64,000 nucleotides of DNA, taken from the NCBI GenBank assembly GCA_029855935.1, contig JAGSHN010000004.1:64001-128000 (forward strand), read 5' to 3'. The stretch is from Candidatus Thorarchaeota archaeon. GTDB lineage: Archaea; Asgardarchaeota; Thorarchaeia; Thorarchaeales; Thorarchaeaceae. The notes beneath the pieces were generated by a model, which saw nothing but the letters and a program-made list of their open reading frames with translations, searched no databases and was not told where the DNA came from. Within the stretch, counting starts at the first letter, position 1. Every line of letters starts with the position of its first letter. Of this stretch, positions 10,125 to 19,279 are shown piece by piece. The position numbers and the translations under genes were made by a program.

Positions 10125-10805
10125 TCAGGGGAGCCTCTGTTGAGTGTGTTCAGAGGCGGACAATACTCGGATCACAGACTTCCAAGTTCTACGTATGATT
10201 GGTGGCAACGGCACCCCCGCTGTGACAAGGCCACGAACAAAGTCGACCGTCTTCGCATCGGAAGGGTATCCAGAGCCAAAGTCCCCATAGGTGCCGTGTA
10301 AGTCCCTGATGACGGCATCACGTCGCACTTTTGCAATGATTGATGCTGCGGCCACGACCACATTGTGCCGATCAGCGCGGTGCTCGGCCACGAACTGACA
10401 CTCGTCAGACTGCAGTCCGCTACTTGCTGCGACCCTGTCTCGAAACCGGTGGGGGTCGACATCTGCAGCGTCCATATAGACTCGGTCTGGACGAAGCTCG
10501 CGTACTATCTCTGCAAATGCGTCCACCTCAATCTGATTCAGACTGGTGCCTCTTCCCCGTAGGTCGTCGATGACCCTTGCAGGTATCGAGCGTAACGAGA
10601 TGCGATCCACCGTTTCAAGTATGAGGCCATACAGGACCTCGCGGCGATGCGGCGTCAGACACTTTGAGTCACGAACACCAATCTCTTCGAGCTCGGGAAT
10701 CCTGTCCTCGGTGACGAGTACCCCACAGACTATGAGGGGGCCAATCATTGGACCGCGACCAGCCTCATCAATACCCGCGACAGCAAGAGAACCATTTGAC
10801 GACAT
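10125..10805 (-). CDS. rnhB: Ribonuclease HII
   Basis: GIDEAGRGPMIGP, DSK, AASIIAKV.RD, GSGYPSD motifs. Confidence 0.97.
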   Translation of the reverse strand: MSSNGSLAVAGIDEAGRGPMIGPLIVCGVLVTEDRIPELEEIGVRDSKCLTPHRREVLYGLILETVDRISLRSIPARVIDDLRGRGTSLNQIEVDAFAEIVRELRPDRVYMDAADVDPHRFRDRVAASSGLQSDECQFVAEHRADRHNVVVAAASIIAKVRRDAVIRDLHGTYGDFGSGYPSDAKTVDFVRGLVTAGVPLPPIIRRTWKSVIRVLSASEHTQQRLP

Positions 10806-10950
10806 CGTTGCACTGACGTGTGAAGAATCTGGTATAACCCTTGTTCTTCACAGCAAAGAGGCCTCTGTGACTCGCAATGGGACAGAAAGCTTCATATCTG
10901 CATCAGGTGTTTCGAGCCCTTGGGCCTATGCCCAGACGAGTGCATTGAAT

Positions 10951-11060
10951 GGGGACGTGGCCTAGTCCGGCATGGCGACGGGCTCCAGATCTTATGAAAC
11001 AAGGGGTCATAAGAAGAGCAGACTCGTCGGTCCTGGGTTCAAATCCCAGCGTCCCCACCA
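10951..11060 (+). tRNA. tRNA-Trp(CCA) with ~33-nt anticodon-loop intron (~10989-11021)
   Basis: GGGGACG/CGTCCCC acceptor, ACGGG-CTCCAG|intron|A-CTCGT anticodon arm, intron hairpin TCTTATGA/TCATAAGA, GTTCAAATC, CCA. Confidence 0.92.
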
Positions 11061-11218
11061 ATGCAATCACCTCCTTCTTCCTCTCATCTGCAACAGGGTC
11101 GACTGACGATCACACTGCGGGCCACCCAAGACGCTGTCCAATTGCCACCTTCATGTCTGTGAGGAACAGTCATCTAGCACAATCTTTAAAACTCGACCGC
11201 AGGACAGACGATACTCGA

Positions 11219-11333
11219 TGGCGGCCATAGGCGCCAGGGTCCACCGGAACCCGTTCCGATCTCCGAAGTTAAGGCTGGCGCCGTTGCCGGAGATGTGCGC
11301 TGCGCGAGCGCGTGACAGGCCGGCAAGCTGCCA
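11219..11333 (+). rRNA. rrf: 5S rRNA (stand-alone)
   Basis: Terminal helix TGGCGGC/GCTGCCA; conserved GGCCATAG, CCCGTTCCGA, GAAGTTAAG and GCGAG motifs; ~115 nt; TTTAAA box ~30 nt upstream and a pyrimidine tract downstream. Confidence 0.88.
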
Positions 11334-11479
11334 CATTTTCCCTTCTTTTCATCCCGTCCTGACCTCATTGGGTGGTCACCTGCGTTTCGGAGGGGCCACA
11401 TTCAACCACAAAAAGACCTTCGTATTAGCATAGATAGAAATGATTAAAGCGGTACTACCCTTCCAGCGCGTCGATATAG

Positions 11480-12598
11480 ATGCAGTTCGGAAACGCCTCA
11501 GAGATCAGTTGGATCATCAATCTGGCATTCTTTGCATTCATTCTAATCTTCAGCCTCTATGGTGCCAAGATACAGATGTGGCAATGGTTGAAACAGATAG
11601 AGGCGGGGTTGATTGAGCTAAAGCGTATGGCAATCGAGTCTAGACAGAGGGCGATAGACACATTCAAGGAGTACGGTAGGAGCGAGGAGGAAGTTGCAAC
11701 CGAACTTGACAGATGGCTCGACTATTTTCTGATATACCCTGTAGACCTCGATCCTGCGGGTATACTCCAACGACTTGATCACCTGTTAGATGAGCGCAGA
11801 GATAGATATCGGGAGTTTGTGACCCAACTGGCACCTGAGGCCGGACCGGAGCTCGCACAAAACCTTGAGAATACACTCGAAGTCGCGCAGGTGCTCAGCC
11901 TAGTCTTCCGAATTGTGCGCCATTACTACCTCTTGGGCAAGAAGACGGGAAGCCAGATACTCATAATGCAGATACACATGCAGATGCCAGAGCTGCTGCG
12001 CATTGCACGTGCGTACTTCGAGGCCATTGATGCCTTTGCAGACGGAAAGCCGATTGGCGATGGAGTGGGGCCACTAGTTGTGACGAGATTTGCTAGGGAA
12101 TACGGAGCGACACCCGACCAATACGTCCACGATGTTAGCCGGGAGGTTGGCTACTACAGGGTGGAGTTCGAGGGGCGAACTGTCTTCGCCGTACGAGCCA
12201 CAGGACCTGGAGGAACCGTCGGAAAGCCTGGTGTTGCAGTGAAGCGACTTGTTGAGGAAAACAAAGGCGCCATCTCGAGAATCATAACCGTGGATGCGGC
12301 TCTGAAGCTCGAGGGAGAGGAGCTCGGACGCATATCGGAGGGAACAGGTGCGGCGATAGGAGACCCCGGACCAGAGAAACATGCAATCGAGCAGACCGCG
12401 ACCGATCACGACATCGCCATTGAGGCGATTGTGGTGAAAGAGGATGAGGCTGCAGCGGTCGGAGTAATGAGGAAGAGGATCTTGGACTCTGTTCCAGAGG
12501 TCATCAACAGGGTCAAGTCTGCAATAAGAGAGAGAACAAAGCCAGGTGACAAGGTGATTCTGGCCGGGATTGGGAACACCATAGGGATTGGACTGTGA
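11480..12598 (+). CDS. DUF1512 family membrane-anchored protein
   Basis: N-terminal TM, P.DLDP.GI, RHYYLLGKK, PIGDGVGP, GPGGTVG, VDAALKLEGE, GIGNTIG motifs. Confidence 0.88.
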   Translation: MQFGNASEISWIINLAFFAFILIFSLYGAKIQMWQWLKQIEAGLIELKRMAIESRQRAIDTFKEYGRSEEEVATELDRWLDYFLIYPVDLDPAGILQRLDHLLDERRDRYREFVTQLAPEAGPELAQNLENTLEVAQVLSLVFRIVRHYYLLGKKTGSQILIMQIHMQMPELLRIARAYFEAIDAFADGKPIGDGVGPLVVTRFAREYGATPDQYVHDVSREVGYYRVEFEGRTVFAVRATGPGGTVGKPGVAVKRLVEENKGAISRIITVDAALKLEGEELGRISEGTGAAIGDPGPEKHAIEQTATDHDIAIEAIVVKEDEAAAVGVMRKRILDSVPEVINRVKSAIRERTKPGDKVILAGIGNTIGIGL

Positions 12599-12613
12599 GG
12601 CGGGTGAATGTAA

Positions 12614-12979
12614 TTGGGAGTCGTAACGAAGATAATCAGCCTGTCATTCATTGCACTAGGCACTCTGATAGTAATCACCTATGGAGGCGCTCAGGACCCC
12701 GTCATCTCATTCATTGGCATGTTCGCAGGGCTTATGCTATGGTCAATTGGACTCGCGCTGATGGGCGCGGGAAGGACTACTCAGGTCAAGCCGCCGCCAC
12801 CAACCATCACCGAAATTCGCTGTGATAACCCAGACTGCGATTTTAAGGAGATTAGAGACTTCGAGCCAGGAGACTACATTCTCCGCCCCATGGAGGCCCA
12901 CTGCCCGAAGTGTCAGGGCAGTCTGACAATATATGGTATCTATGTAGTGTTGGAACAGGAGGAGAAGAGCACAATATAG
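12614..12979 (+). CDS. Small 2-TM membrane protein with C-terminal zinc ribbon
   Basis: Two hydrophobic helices, then CDNPDC..R.F..GDY...CPKC; follows DUF1512. Confidence 0.75.
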   Translation: MGVVTKIISLSFIALGTLIVITYGGAQDPVISFIGMFAGLMLWSIGLALMGAGRTTQVKPPPPTITEIRCDNPDCDFKEIRDFEPGDYILRPMEAHCPKCQGSLTIYGIYVVLEQEEKSTI

Positions 12980-12990
12980 GGCAGAGGAGC

Positions 12991-13902
12991 TCATTCTGTC
13001 AGAATAGTCGCACCATCTTCGGAAACAAAGACTGTATGTTCGGTCTGGCTCACCAGCCCTCCACGCTTCTCCACGAGGACGGGATAGCCTCGTATCGCCT
13101 TTGCGCGTAACAGCTTCTTCAGCTCCTCTGCGAGCTGAATGCCCTTCTGCGAGACTCCAATCCATCTTGAGGCAAAGGGGAGAGGACCGTAGCTCTTTCG
13201 GAGGTGCAGTCGGAGCTTCTCTGTCACTCCGGTCAGGGGCTTGTCTACAGGGTTGTTAGAGAATATGTACATCTGCTTGCTATCAACCACTCTCGACCCC
13301 GTTGTGGCAAACGGCTCTATGGCATAGTACTCTCCAGCCAAGATGGGCGTAGAGTCGCGTGTCTTGACATTCGGTATCTGTTTCCCGGCATGAAGGGCGT
13401 ACCTCTTCAGACTGTGACCAGTCAGCTCCCTGACGGGCCGCAGACCATAGTCCTTGATGACCCGCTCTATTACGGCGCCCACCTCACCGACGGTGACACC
13501 TGGGCGGATAAAGGATATTGCCTCGTGGAGTGCCTCTGCGGAGGCGTCGACGAGCGCATCGAGAGTACCATCGAGATCCACGGTCCGTGCAGTGTCAGCG
13601 ATATGACCATTAATATGAACGCCAACATCGACCTTGACAACTCCAAAATCCGGAATCACGGAGGGGTCGTTCTTCGGAGATGTGTAGTGCGCGGCAACCT
13701 CATTGACAGAAACGTTACACGGAAAGGCAGGTCGTCCACCAAGCTCGAGAATCCGCTTCTCGGCAAGAGCGCAGATACTGATTATCTTCGCGCCCGGACG
13801 AACTGCCTCGCATGTTTCTCCAAGTACTCGTGCTGCAATCCGTCCGGCCTTGACACTGTCGGGATGAGGTCTTCTTGCCATTGTCATTCGCTTGAGTGGC
13901 AC
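12991..13902 (-). CDS. map: Type II methionine aminopeptidase (copy 1)
   Basis: AFPCN, AAHYT, KVDVGVH..G.IAD, GH, IEPFAT, QTEHT: all metal ligands present. Confidence 0.93.
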   Translation of the reverse strand: MPLKRMTMARRPHPDSVKAGRIAARVLGETCEAVRPGAKIISICALAEKRILELGGRPAFPCNVSVNEVAAHYTSPKNDPSVIPDFGVVKVDVGVHINGHIADTARTVDLDGTLDALVDASAEALHEAISFIRPGVTVGEVGAVIERVIKDYGLRPVRELTGHSLKRYALHAGKQIPNVKTRDSTPILAGEYYAIEPFATTGSRVVDSKQMYIFSNNPVDKPLTGVTEKLRLHLRKSYGPLPFASRWIGVSQKGIQLAEELKKLLRAKAIRGYPVLVEKRGGLVSQTEHTVFVSEDGATILTE

Positions 13903-13952
13903 TGGGCAACAATGAAATAAATGTTGGTTGGACGGTGGGGGACTCCCGCCTT

Positions 13953-14852
13953 TCAGACAGCGGTTGTGACGACTGGGCCGTCCTCTGTGACCAGAACCGT
14001 ATGCTCAAACTGGCTGACGATGCCTCCGCTTGCCTCGACAAGGACGGGATAGCCTCTGATGGCCCCTGCATTGATGAGCGTACGGAGGTTGGCCTCGACA
14101 TCCGGTAGCCCCATCTGCTGGACCCAGCGAAGAGCGAAGGGCAAAGTCCGAAACCGCTGGTGAAGTGTCTTCAGGAGATCTCTCGCAGCAGCGGGCAGGT
14201 CGGGCCTGCCAAACGTTGTACCAGAGAAGATCAGAGTGGGCCGACGCTCAGCGACCGCACCAGTGCCGTCCGTTGCAAATGGCTCGATGGCATATACGTG
14301 CCCCGCCTTTATCTCATATTGTTCCGCGGAACTGATGTTGGGAATGGAGAGCCCAGCGTGCAGAGTCCATCTACGCATCTCATGGCCCGCGAGCTGATAC
14401 ACGGGAGTCAGCCCAATCCGGCGGATTTCTCTTTCGATGACAGTGCCGATGTGACCGACAGTGACTCCGGGATGCATCTCCGCGATTGCAGCTTGTAGTG
14501 CGCTATGCGCTGCAGAGATGAAATTAGGATGCGACCCATCAAGGTCAATGGTGAGTGCAGAGTCTGCCAAGTAACCGTTCATATGTGCACCGATGTCAAC
14601 CTTGACAAGACCACTATCAGGAATCAACGTCGAATCGTGTTGGGGACTCGTATAGTGAGCGGCAACATCGTCAATTGAGATGTTGCAAGGAAATGCCAGC
14701 CCTGTGGCCCCGCGGTCAAGCAGTCTGTGTTCCGCCAATTCGCAGATGTCCACGACTCGTGCACCCGGACGAATCCGTTGGGACACCTCCCTCAACACGT
14801 GTCCCGTTATGCGGCCGGCAAGAATGATGTCATCAAGGGAGTCGGCGCTCAC
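13953..14852 (-). CDS. map: Type II methionine aminopeptidase (copy 2)
   Basis: AFPCN, AAHYT, KVDIGAH..GYLAD, GH, IEPFAT, QFEHT; probable GTG start at 14852. Confidence 0.92.
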   Translation of the reverse strand: MSADSLDDIILAGRITGHVLREVSQRIRPGARVVDICELAEHRLLDRGATGLAFPCNISIDDVAAHYTSPQHDSTLIPDSGLVKVDIGAHMNGYLADSALTIDLDGSHPNFISAAHSALQAAIAEMHPGVTVGHIGTVIEREIRRIGLTPVYQLAGHEMRRWTLHAGLSIPNISSAEQYEIKAGHVYAIEPFATDGTGAVAERRPTLIFSGTTFGRPDLPAAARDLLKTLHQRFRTLPFALRWVQQMGLPDVEANLRTLINAGAIRGYPVLVEASGGIVSQFEHTVLVTEDGPVVTTAV

Positions 14853-14977
14853 TCCAGATGCCTCAGAGTGGTGAGAACGACTGGTCTTATCAGTCCACTG
14901 AAGCTGGCACACCAGCAGGTCAGTCGAAAAAGAAAAGAGCAGCATACGGAGGAGAACTCCCGGAGTGTGATTGGTAG

Positions 14978-15649
14978 ATGAGGTTCACATACCTTGGTCA
15001 TGCGTCTTTCAAGGTCGAGTCGGACGGAAAGGTGATCTTTGTTGATCCGTGGCTCAATGGCCCTACGTCACCAGTGAAAGTCGACGATGTTACAGAGGCA
15101 GACATAGTACTTGTGACCCATGATCACGGGGATCACGGCTATGATGAGGCCATCGAGATCTGCAAGAAGACTGGGGCCTGGTTCGTTGCAATAAACGAGT
15201 TAAGTCTGAGAGCCAAAGAGGCAGGGGTTGAGAATGCACACACTCTGAACATTGGTGGCAGTGTACAGATTGATGGGGTCACCGTGACGCTTGTTCAGGC
15301 ATTTCATTCGTGTGGAGTGGGTGCACCAACAGGGTTCGTCGTCAGGTTCCCAAGTGGAACGTTCTATCATGCGGGAGACACTGGCCTGTTCGCAAGCATG
15401 TCACTGATTGGCGACCTGTACAAGCCCGATGTGGCACTGCTCCCCATCGGGAGCTACTACACGATGGATGTGCATCAGGCAGCGCTGGCCAGCACATTGC
15501 TCAAACCCAAGTGTGTCGTGCCGATGCATTATGATACATTCCCCGTGATCGGTGCAGACCCAGCAGAGTTTGCCAAGCTCGTCGCCCAGAGAGACGCCTC
15601 AATCAGAGTTGCCGTCATCAGGGTCGGCGAAACTATGGATTTGCCCTGA
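14978..15649 (+). CDS. Metal-dependent hydrolase, metallo-beta-lactamase fold (UPF0173)
   Basis: YLGHASF, THDHGDH, YHAGDT, LPIG, PMHYDTFP motifs. Confidence 0.92.
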   Translation: MRFTYLGHASFKVESDGKVIFVDPWLNGPTSPVKVDDVTEADIVLVTHDHGDHGYDEAIEICKKTGAWFVAINELSLRAKEAGVENAHTLNIGGSVQIDGVTVTLVQAFHSCGVGAPTGFVVRFPSGTFYHAGDTGLFASMSLIGDLYKPDVALLPIGSYYTMDVHQAALASTLLKPKCVVPMHYDTFPVIGADPAEFAKLVAQRDASIRVAVIRVGETMDLP

Positions 15650-15700
15650 GCAGGTCAGACAACAAGAATGTGGAGCCGATGCCTGTCGCCCGACACACTA

Positions 15701-16037
15701 ACTCCCAACGTCACAGCATCGGAGTGTTCCGGCTCCGTTGAGTGGTCTCGTGGTGGGCCGTGACGGCATCGGTCCACCTGCCAATGTGTGAGCCGTGGGT
15801 GACACCAGTCTCATCTGCGGATGGCTGGACCATCCATCATCGACTAGGTCCGTCTTGGCTCGATGCTTGACAGGTGAGCAGGATGTCGCCCGCCCCTTGC
15901 GCTGCACTTCATCGATCAGAGATCTCCGTGTGCCCTCGTGAGCGGGACTTTCTCCTGACACACATCAGTCCGCGAGAGGATATTAGCCTTGTTGTGCGTC
16001 GCGTAGCATACTCGCCAGTCGAAAAATGGTTGGGAGT
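15701..16037 (+). ncRNA. Candidate structured non-coding RNA (~340 nt), family unknown
   Basis: 9-bp terminal helix ACTCCCAAC/GTTGGGAGT enclosing several short stems; G-U pairs favour the + strand; no credible ORF. Confidence 0.35.
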
Positions 16038-16397
16038 GCAGTCCCGTATGACAACGTTCAAATACAAGGCCCCTCCCGTAGGAGAAGTGACGTGATTGTA
16101 TCACGCTCACATCAACATAATCATAATTACCGTATCACAAGACGCCACGGGGTCTCGTGACTCGGAGAAGGAAGAGTCAGCGAGCGACCGCAAGAGATGA
16201 AATGAAACGCTTATGACTCTCATCACATCACAGGATCATCAAGTCACAGTCATTTCGAATCTCTAAGGGAGAGTTCACAGGGGAATAGTCCGGCTGTATA
16301 GAGGAATGAAAGGGGAACACCCTAGAGAAGTGGGGTCGCGGCGATAACTTCTCAGAGTCATTGTAAAGACACGTGGCGGGACACATGGGAGACGTGC

Positions 16398-17699
16398 ATG
16401 GAAATAGGAACCGACTTTGATCAGAGCACTGCCAAATACGTCATCAGAGCCCGAATAGATATTGACGGCGTTGTTGACAAGCCCGATGTCATTGGGGCCA
16501 TCTTCGGACAGACGGAGGGACTCCTCGGCGAGGACCTCGACCTACGCGAGTTACAACGAACTGGTAGAATAGGGAGGATACAGATTGCCATCAGGTCAGA
16601 GGGTGGTACCAGCAAAGGCGAGATTGTGATTCCCGTGTCACTGAACAAGACTGCCACTGCCATTCTTGCAGCCGCTCTCGAAACCGTTGACCGGGTGGGG
16701 CCGTGTACGGCGAAGGTCACTCTCGAGAAGGTTGAGGATATCCGGGGGGCCAAACGTAGGAGGGTCGTCAGTAGAGCGATAAGCATACTAAAGGGCTGGG
16801 AAGAAGATGTGGCTCCGGGGACGGAGGAGATAACCGGTGCCGTTGAGAGAGCCAGCCGAAAGACCATTGTGAAGTTTGGTCCCGAGAAGCTTCCGGCTGG
16901 TCCCGACCTAGAGAGCAGCGATGAGATAATCATTGTCGAGGGGCGGGCCGATGTTATCAATCTACTGAAGAACGGCATAACTAATACGGTGGCTGTTGAG
17001 GGCACTCATATCCCCAAGTCCATCGTGGAACTGACGAAGAAGAAGGGGAAGCGGGTCGTAGCGTTCCTTGACGGTGACAGAGGCGGCGACCTTATTCTTC
17101 GCGAGCTGATGCAGGTGGCCAAGGTTGACTATATAGCGAGAGCGCCGGAAGGGAAGGAAGTCGAGGAGCTGACCAAGAGAGAGATATCAAAGGCGCTCCA
17201 GACAAAGATTCCCGCGGACCAAGCTCTAGCACTCGTGGAGGAGCGCAAGGCACCATCACCACGGAAACGCAAGACGCCAAAGAGATCGACAACAAGGCCG
17301 AAGAGAGAGGAAATTGCCGCTCCCCCCCCGACACCAGCGTTGGAAGCCCCTCATACGTCGCGCAGAATAGGTAGATCCGTTGTCAGGCCGCCCATCGAGC
17401 TTGATGAGGAATATATTGCGAAGGTTGACGAGATAAGGGAGTCGTTCAGAGCAGTGCTGTTCGATGCAGAGAAGAACATCATTGCTGAATGCGGTGTTGC
17501 CGAACTGACGAGGCATCTGGAGGATGTGGAGTCGGTCCACACTATCGTGTTCGATGGAGTTGTCACCCAGAGACTTGTTGACCTAGCCGCAAAGAAGGGG
17601 GCCACACTCATAATTGGGGCTGCAGCTGCGGACATTGAAAACAAACCACCGGGTCTGAGGTATATCACGTTCGAGGACATAGACCGCAGAAGACAGTAG
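16398..17699 (+). CDS. dnaG: Archaeal DnaG-like primase / exosome-associated protein
   Basis: GVVDKPDVIGAIFGQTEGLLG..LDLRELQ..GRIGRI, TOPRIM VEGRADV and DGDRGG. Confidence 0.96.
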   Translation: MEIGTDFDQSTAKYVIRARIDIDGVVDKPDVIGAIFGQTEGLLGEDLDLRELQRTGRIGRIQIAIRSEGGTSKGEIVIPVSLNKTATAILAAALETVDRVGPCTAKVTLEKVEDIRGAKRRRVVSRAISILKGWEEDVAPGTEEITGAVERASRKTIVKFGPEKLPAGPDLESSDEIIIVEGRADVINLLKNGITNTVAVEGTHIPKSIVELTKKKGKRVVAFLDGDRGGDLILRELMQVAKVDYIARAPEGKEVEELTKREISKALQTKIPADQALALVEERKAPSPRKRKTPKRSTTRPKREEIAAPPPTPALEAPHTSRRIGRSVVRPPIELDEEYIAKVDEIRESFRAVLFDAEKNIIAECGVAELTRHLEDVESVHTIVFDGVVTQRLVDLAAKKGATLIIGAAAADIENKPPGLRYITFEDIDRRRQ

Positions 17700-17787
17700 G
17701 GCGCAGGGACGGACGGGTATTACACACAGTTATGATGGCGTGTCTGACAAGTAGCTCCTAGAACCGCTTGCCCAAGGGGCTGACAAG

Positions 17788-19248
17788 GTGCTAGGCCTAT
17801 TGGACAGTATCGAGTCCACAGCCGATATCCCGATACCGGAAGACCCGTTTGAGAGGATAGTAGGACAGGACCGTGCCGTCGCACTTGTGAGAACCGCCGT
17901 CCTGCAGCGGCGCCATGTTCTTCTCTGTGGGGCGCCAGGCGTTGGAAAGTCCATGCTTGCAAAGGCAGCAACAACACTTCTACCTCCACCAAGAGAAGAG
18001 ATTCAGATACACAACAATCCTAGCCAGCCAAACCGGCCGACTGTGGTAGTTCGTCACTACGATGAGAGAACAGAGAACTCCCGGTCACACCAGACCGAGA
18101 GTGAGCTGTGGAGTGGAGCGGAAACCTACTATGTACGCCCCGAGGACCTGCCGTTCGATGTTGCTGTGAAGATGGGGTATAGATGCCCCAACTGTGGGGC
18201 GCTCTCAATCCCCGACCAGGGAGTATGTTTTGACTGTGGAGGGGCAAAGCGCTGCGACTGGAGGGGAACAGATGCGTACATTGGACTGTTCAGAGCACTG
18301 GACGTGATATATGAGAGAGCACTCCCTGAGGTTGTCACCGAGGAGCGGGTGGCAGGTCAACAGAGGACCGTGACCTACCGGAGAGAGGGGTCACTTGACA
18401 CAATCCTTGTCACTGTCACAGAACATCGGCAGGTCGTAGAGAACGACCCCGCACCAGTCCCAGATAGCGTCAATGTGATAGTGCCAATCAACTCGCCTCG
18501 CTTTGTGAGAGTTACAGGTGCCAGTGCTGTAGAGCTCCTTGGGGACATCAGGCACGACCCCTATGGAGGCAACAGTGAGATAGGTACACCGCCATATATG
18601 AGAGTCGTACCGGGAGCAATACACGAGGCGCACGAGGGCATTCTCTACATCGACGAGATTGCCACTCTGGGGCCACTCCAGAAGTACCTGCTCACTGCGA
18701 TGCAGGACAGACAATATCCAATAGCAGGTCACAACCCTCAAAGCTCAGGTGCTGCCGTCAGGGTTGATGGCGTCCCCTGTGACTTCATCCTCTTCGCATC
18801 GACAAACCCTGAAGATCTCCCGGGAATAATTCCACCTCTCAGGTCACGGATAAGGGGCTATGGGTATGAGATCGTCCTCGCATCGTGGATGAAGAGAGAT
18901 GCACAGGCCATAGATGGGCTGGCGCGCTTTGTGGCCCAGACTGTGACGGAGGATGGGAGGATCCCACACTTCACTGTTGATGCCGTGAGAGCTGTCATCG
19001 ATGTGGCGGAGAAGATGGCACTCTCCCTCGATGGGCAGACGGACGCACTCACACTGCGGCTACGGGAACTTGGAGGAATCGTCAGAGTGGCAGGAGATCT
19101 CGCAGTGCGGGACGGGGCAGAACTGGTGGAAAAGCGTCAGGTGAAGGAGGCAGTACGGCTCAGCAACGGAGCAGTGTTGGAGTTGACCCGCGGCGGACGC
19201 GGCTCCGCATCTAAACCATCGAGGGAGTACGGAAGCTATTTCTTCTGA
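17788..19248 (+). CDS. LonB-like AAA+ ATPase (COG1067) with zinc-ribbon insert, no protease domain
   Basis: IVGQD.A, RRHVLL.GAPGVGKS, LLGDIRHDPYGG, PGAIHEAHEGILYIDEI, LRSRIRGYGYE, TLRLRELGG; ends before any Ser-Lys protease domain. Confidence 0.88.
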   Translation: MLGLLDSIESTADIPIPEDPFERIVGQDRAVALVRTAVLQRRHVLLCGAPGVGKSMLAKAATTLLPPPREEIQIHNNPSQPNRPTVVVRHYDERTENSRSHQTESELWSGAETYYVRPEDLPFDVAVKMGYRCPNCGALSIPDQGVCFDCGGAKRCDWRGTDAYIGLFRALDVIYERALPEVVTEERVAGQQRTVTYRREGSLDTILVTVTEHRQVVENDPAPVPDSVNVIVPINSPRFVRVTGASAVELLGDIRHDPYGGNSEIGTPPYMRVVPGAIHEAHEGILYIDEIATLGPLQKYLLTAMQDRQYPIAGHNPQSSGAAVRVDGVPCDFILFASTNPEDLPGIIPPLRSRIRGYGYEIVLASWMKRDAQAIDGLARFVAQTVTEDGRIPHFTVDAVRAVIDVAEKMALSLDGQTDALTLRLRELGGIVRVAGDLAVRDGAELVEKRQVKEAVRLSNGAVLELTRGGRGSASKPSREYGSYFF

Positions 19249-19279
19249 CAGTCCCGCAACAGCAGAGTGGTAGTGACGA

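Noticed and set aside
15935-15975. Minus-strand GGAGAAAGTCCCGC resembling RNase P CR-I, and CTGATG...GAAA resembling a hammerhead core
   Set aside because: No matching 3' P4 strand near the end of the element; the hammerhead consensus is broken (CTGATGT) and the required stems are absent
15698-16110. Short ORFs 15698-15961, 15874-16095 and 15916-16110
   Set aside because: No recognisable motifs or SD, atypical composition, and mutually overlapping
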